A stretch of 63,225 bases of DNA, the filler included, from Welwitschia mirabilis (lineage: Eukaryota): NCBI GenBank assembly GCA_051453625.1. It is 4 parts of one record of this genome, joined end to end, with 100 filler letters (N's around TTAATTAATTAA, not from the genome) between each part and the next. Parts side by side here need not be neighbours in the genome. Positions count along the whole stretch, not along the records: positions 61,747 to 63,225 come from JBOZIK010000001.1; 3 more parts are not named here. The stretch is one strand, 5' to 3'. The notes beneath the pieces were generated by a model. That model ran no database searches. It had not been told where the DNA came from and saw only the letters and a program-made list of their open reading frames with translations. How positions within the stretch are numbered: position 1 is the stretch's first letter; the number at the start of each line of letters is the position of its first letter. Shown here one piece after another: positions 61,747 to 63,225 of this stretch. The position numbers and the translations under genes were made by a program.

Positions 61747-63225
61747 TTGTTGCAAGATTTCAACTAATCTTTTAAGTTTTTATTGGTATTTTCTTGGTTC
61801 TTTATCATTTCACCAATAATTTCTCCTAATGGATTTTTTTCTTCTTTATAGTACTTGATGGAAGATGGTTCTTCTTGATAGTAAAGCATGGAAGATGATT
61901 GGGATTGAAAAAGATGATTACCAGAGGTTTGTCTAAATGAGGTGGAATCCCTAAAATATAGTGAATCTTCATCATTATCTTAATATGAGATTTGAAAATA
62001 AGAGGAAAAAGAATAATTAGGTTGAAAAGAGGAATGGGTCCAATCCCTATTTTCAACATGGTTTTGTGATGGTCTCCCTCTTTAGGCAAAGATTTCTTGA
62101 AGTGTTTTCTTACCAATGTCCTCATCATTTTTCAAGTTTCTTCTCCTTTCAGAAAGAAGTTCTATAATGGTTTTTCTATTATGATTCATTAAAACAAGCA
62201 AGAAGAATAGAATAAAAGAGTTTAGATTTAAAACGGTAAGAAAGATAGGTACATAAGGAAGATCAAGGTTCTTGGATGGTTTATCATTTAAGGTTGCTAT
62301 TTCTTAATACTCAAAAGATGTGAAATCATTATTACAAATTAACTATATAGAAAAAAAATCTGATTCTAAAATAGAAGAGGAAAGAAAGAAATTTTAGAAT
62401 TTGCGTACCTGTGTTGTGCGTACCTGTATTTTTATTTAAAATTGAATAATTCTTGATGTTTCTGTTAATCCAGTTCCTTGCTGACTGATATCTCGTCTTT
62501 CTCCTAGAATTCCTTGTATCCTTGCATGTACAAATAGTAAACAAAAACCAAAATCAAATGCAATGGACTGTCGTCCACCTTGTCATGGAAACGACAGATA
62601 GGATGACGATCACAGAAAGACTAAACTCAAGAAAAAACTACAAAACTCTAAAAACTATGAAAAGAAAGATTACAAAAATGGAGACTATCTATCATCCCTC
62701 CTGTCGTGGGGACGACAGATAGGATGATAGTACTATATCATTAAACTATGAATAGAAAGAAAAATTGTGGAAGCAGAAACTTAATTCAAAATTTCAGAAC
62801 TGTTATGCCCCATGTCGTCTGGACGACAGAGAGAACAACAAGGTCCCTCAAAATTACAGAAAACAAAATTTTACAAAAATAATTCTACCTTAAAATACAC
62901 TAGAAATACAACATTAATTTAAATAAAGAACATGAACAAAAAGATTCAAGGTATTTATTTGGTTAATGACAATCCTCTTAGCTCCTTGCAGCCTTCACTG
63001 CCAACGACGCCAAAATGTTGTGGTGCGAATTTATGTAAGCTTGAAGTCCTTCTAGTAAACCTATAAATCATATAATTTGTCGAAAGACACATGCTAGTAT
63101 ATATAGGACTTCACTCGAATGTCGTAATCCCAATGAAGGCACTAGGCTCAGAGTTAGAGAATTGATTTCCAAAGGTAGTTTTTTATCTTTTATCTTTTAC
63201 TAACTAAAAGCAAAGAAGAAAGTAA
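61747..63225 (-). mobile_element. Athila-like element L, 5' end (gag start, UTR, PBS, LTR); less decayed relative of element A
   Basis: PBS TGGCGTCGTTGGCAGTGA (62995-63012), LTR from 63019 matching 4482+, UTR matching 3740-4460, and gag start around ORF 61826-62128. Confidence 0.87.
63019..63225 (-). repeat. 5' LTR of element L (runs off the window)
   Basis: Colinear with 4482-4680 (shared ACACATGCTAGTAT and TAATCCCAATGAAGGCACTAGGCT). Confidence 0.88.

Noticed and set aside
1..63225. Assigning a host species or insertion ages
   Set aside because: Plant origin is supported by the TE lineages and the expansin fragment, but species and dates need database searches and computed alignments.

Overview
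This window is AT-rich, strongly CpG/CHG-depleted plant nuclear DNA from a gapped draft assembly. It is almost entirely a nested cluster of decayed retrotransposons, and I can support no intact host gene, RNA gene or CRISPR array. The oldest visible layer is an L1-type LINE (minus strand, ~5.7-17.2 kb). It carries a non-autonomous chromovirus-like LTR element with ~2.7-2.9 kb LTRs that encodes only gag (6419-14053). It is also interrupted at the start of ORF2 by a large minus-strand Athila-like element (17242-39058). That element contains a nearly complete Athila-like element with gag-pol and an env-like ORF (24791-~36415+), and its 5' LTR is cut by a Ty1/copia element. Further Athila-like LTRs and fragments and two Sirevirus (SIRE) copia elements follow. 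The only non-transposon coding signal is a broken alpha-expansin C-terminal domain fragment (~49515-49783, minus) inside a CpG-retaining island. All boundaries and similarities come from manual reading, not computed alignments. I found no convincing wholly novel system. The best leads are the gag-only element, an env-cassette presence/absence pair, an atypical Athila-like RT, a repeated palindromic motif, and the expansin/CpG island.
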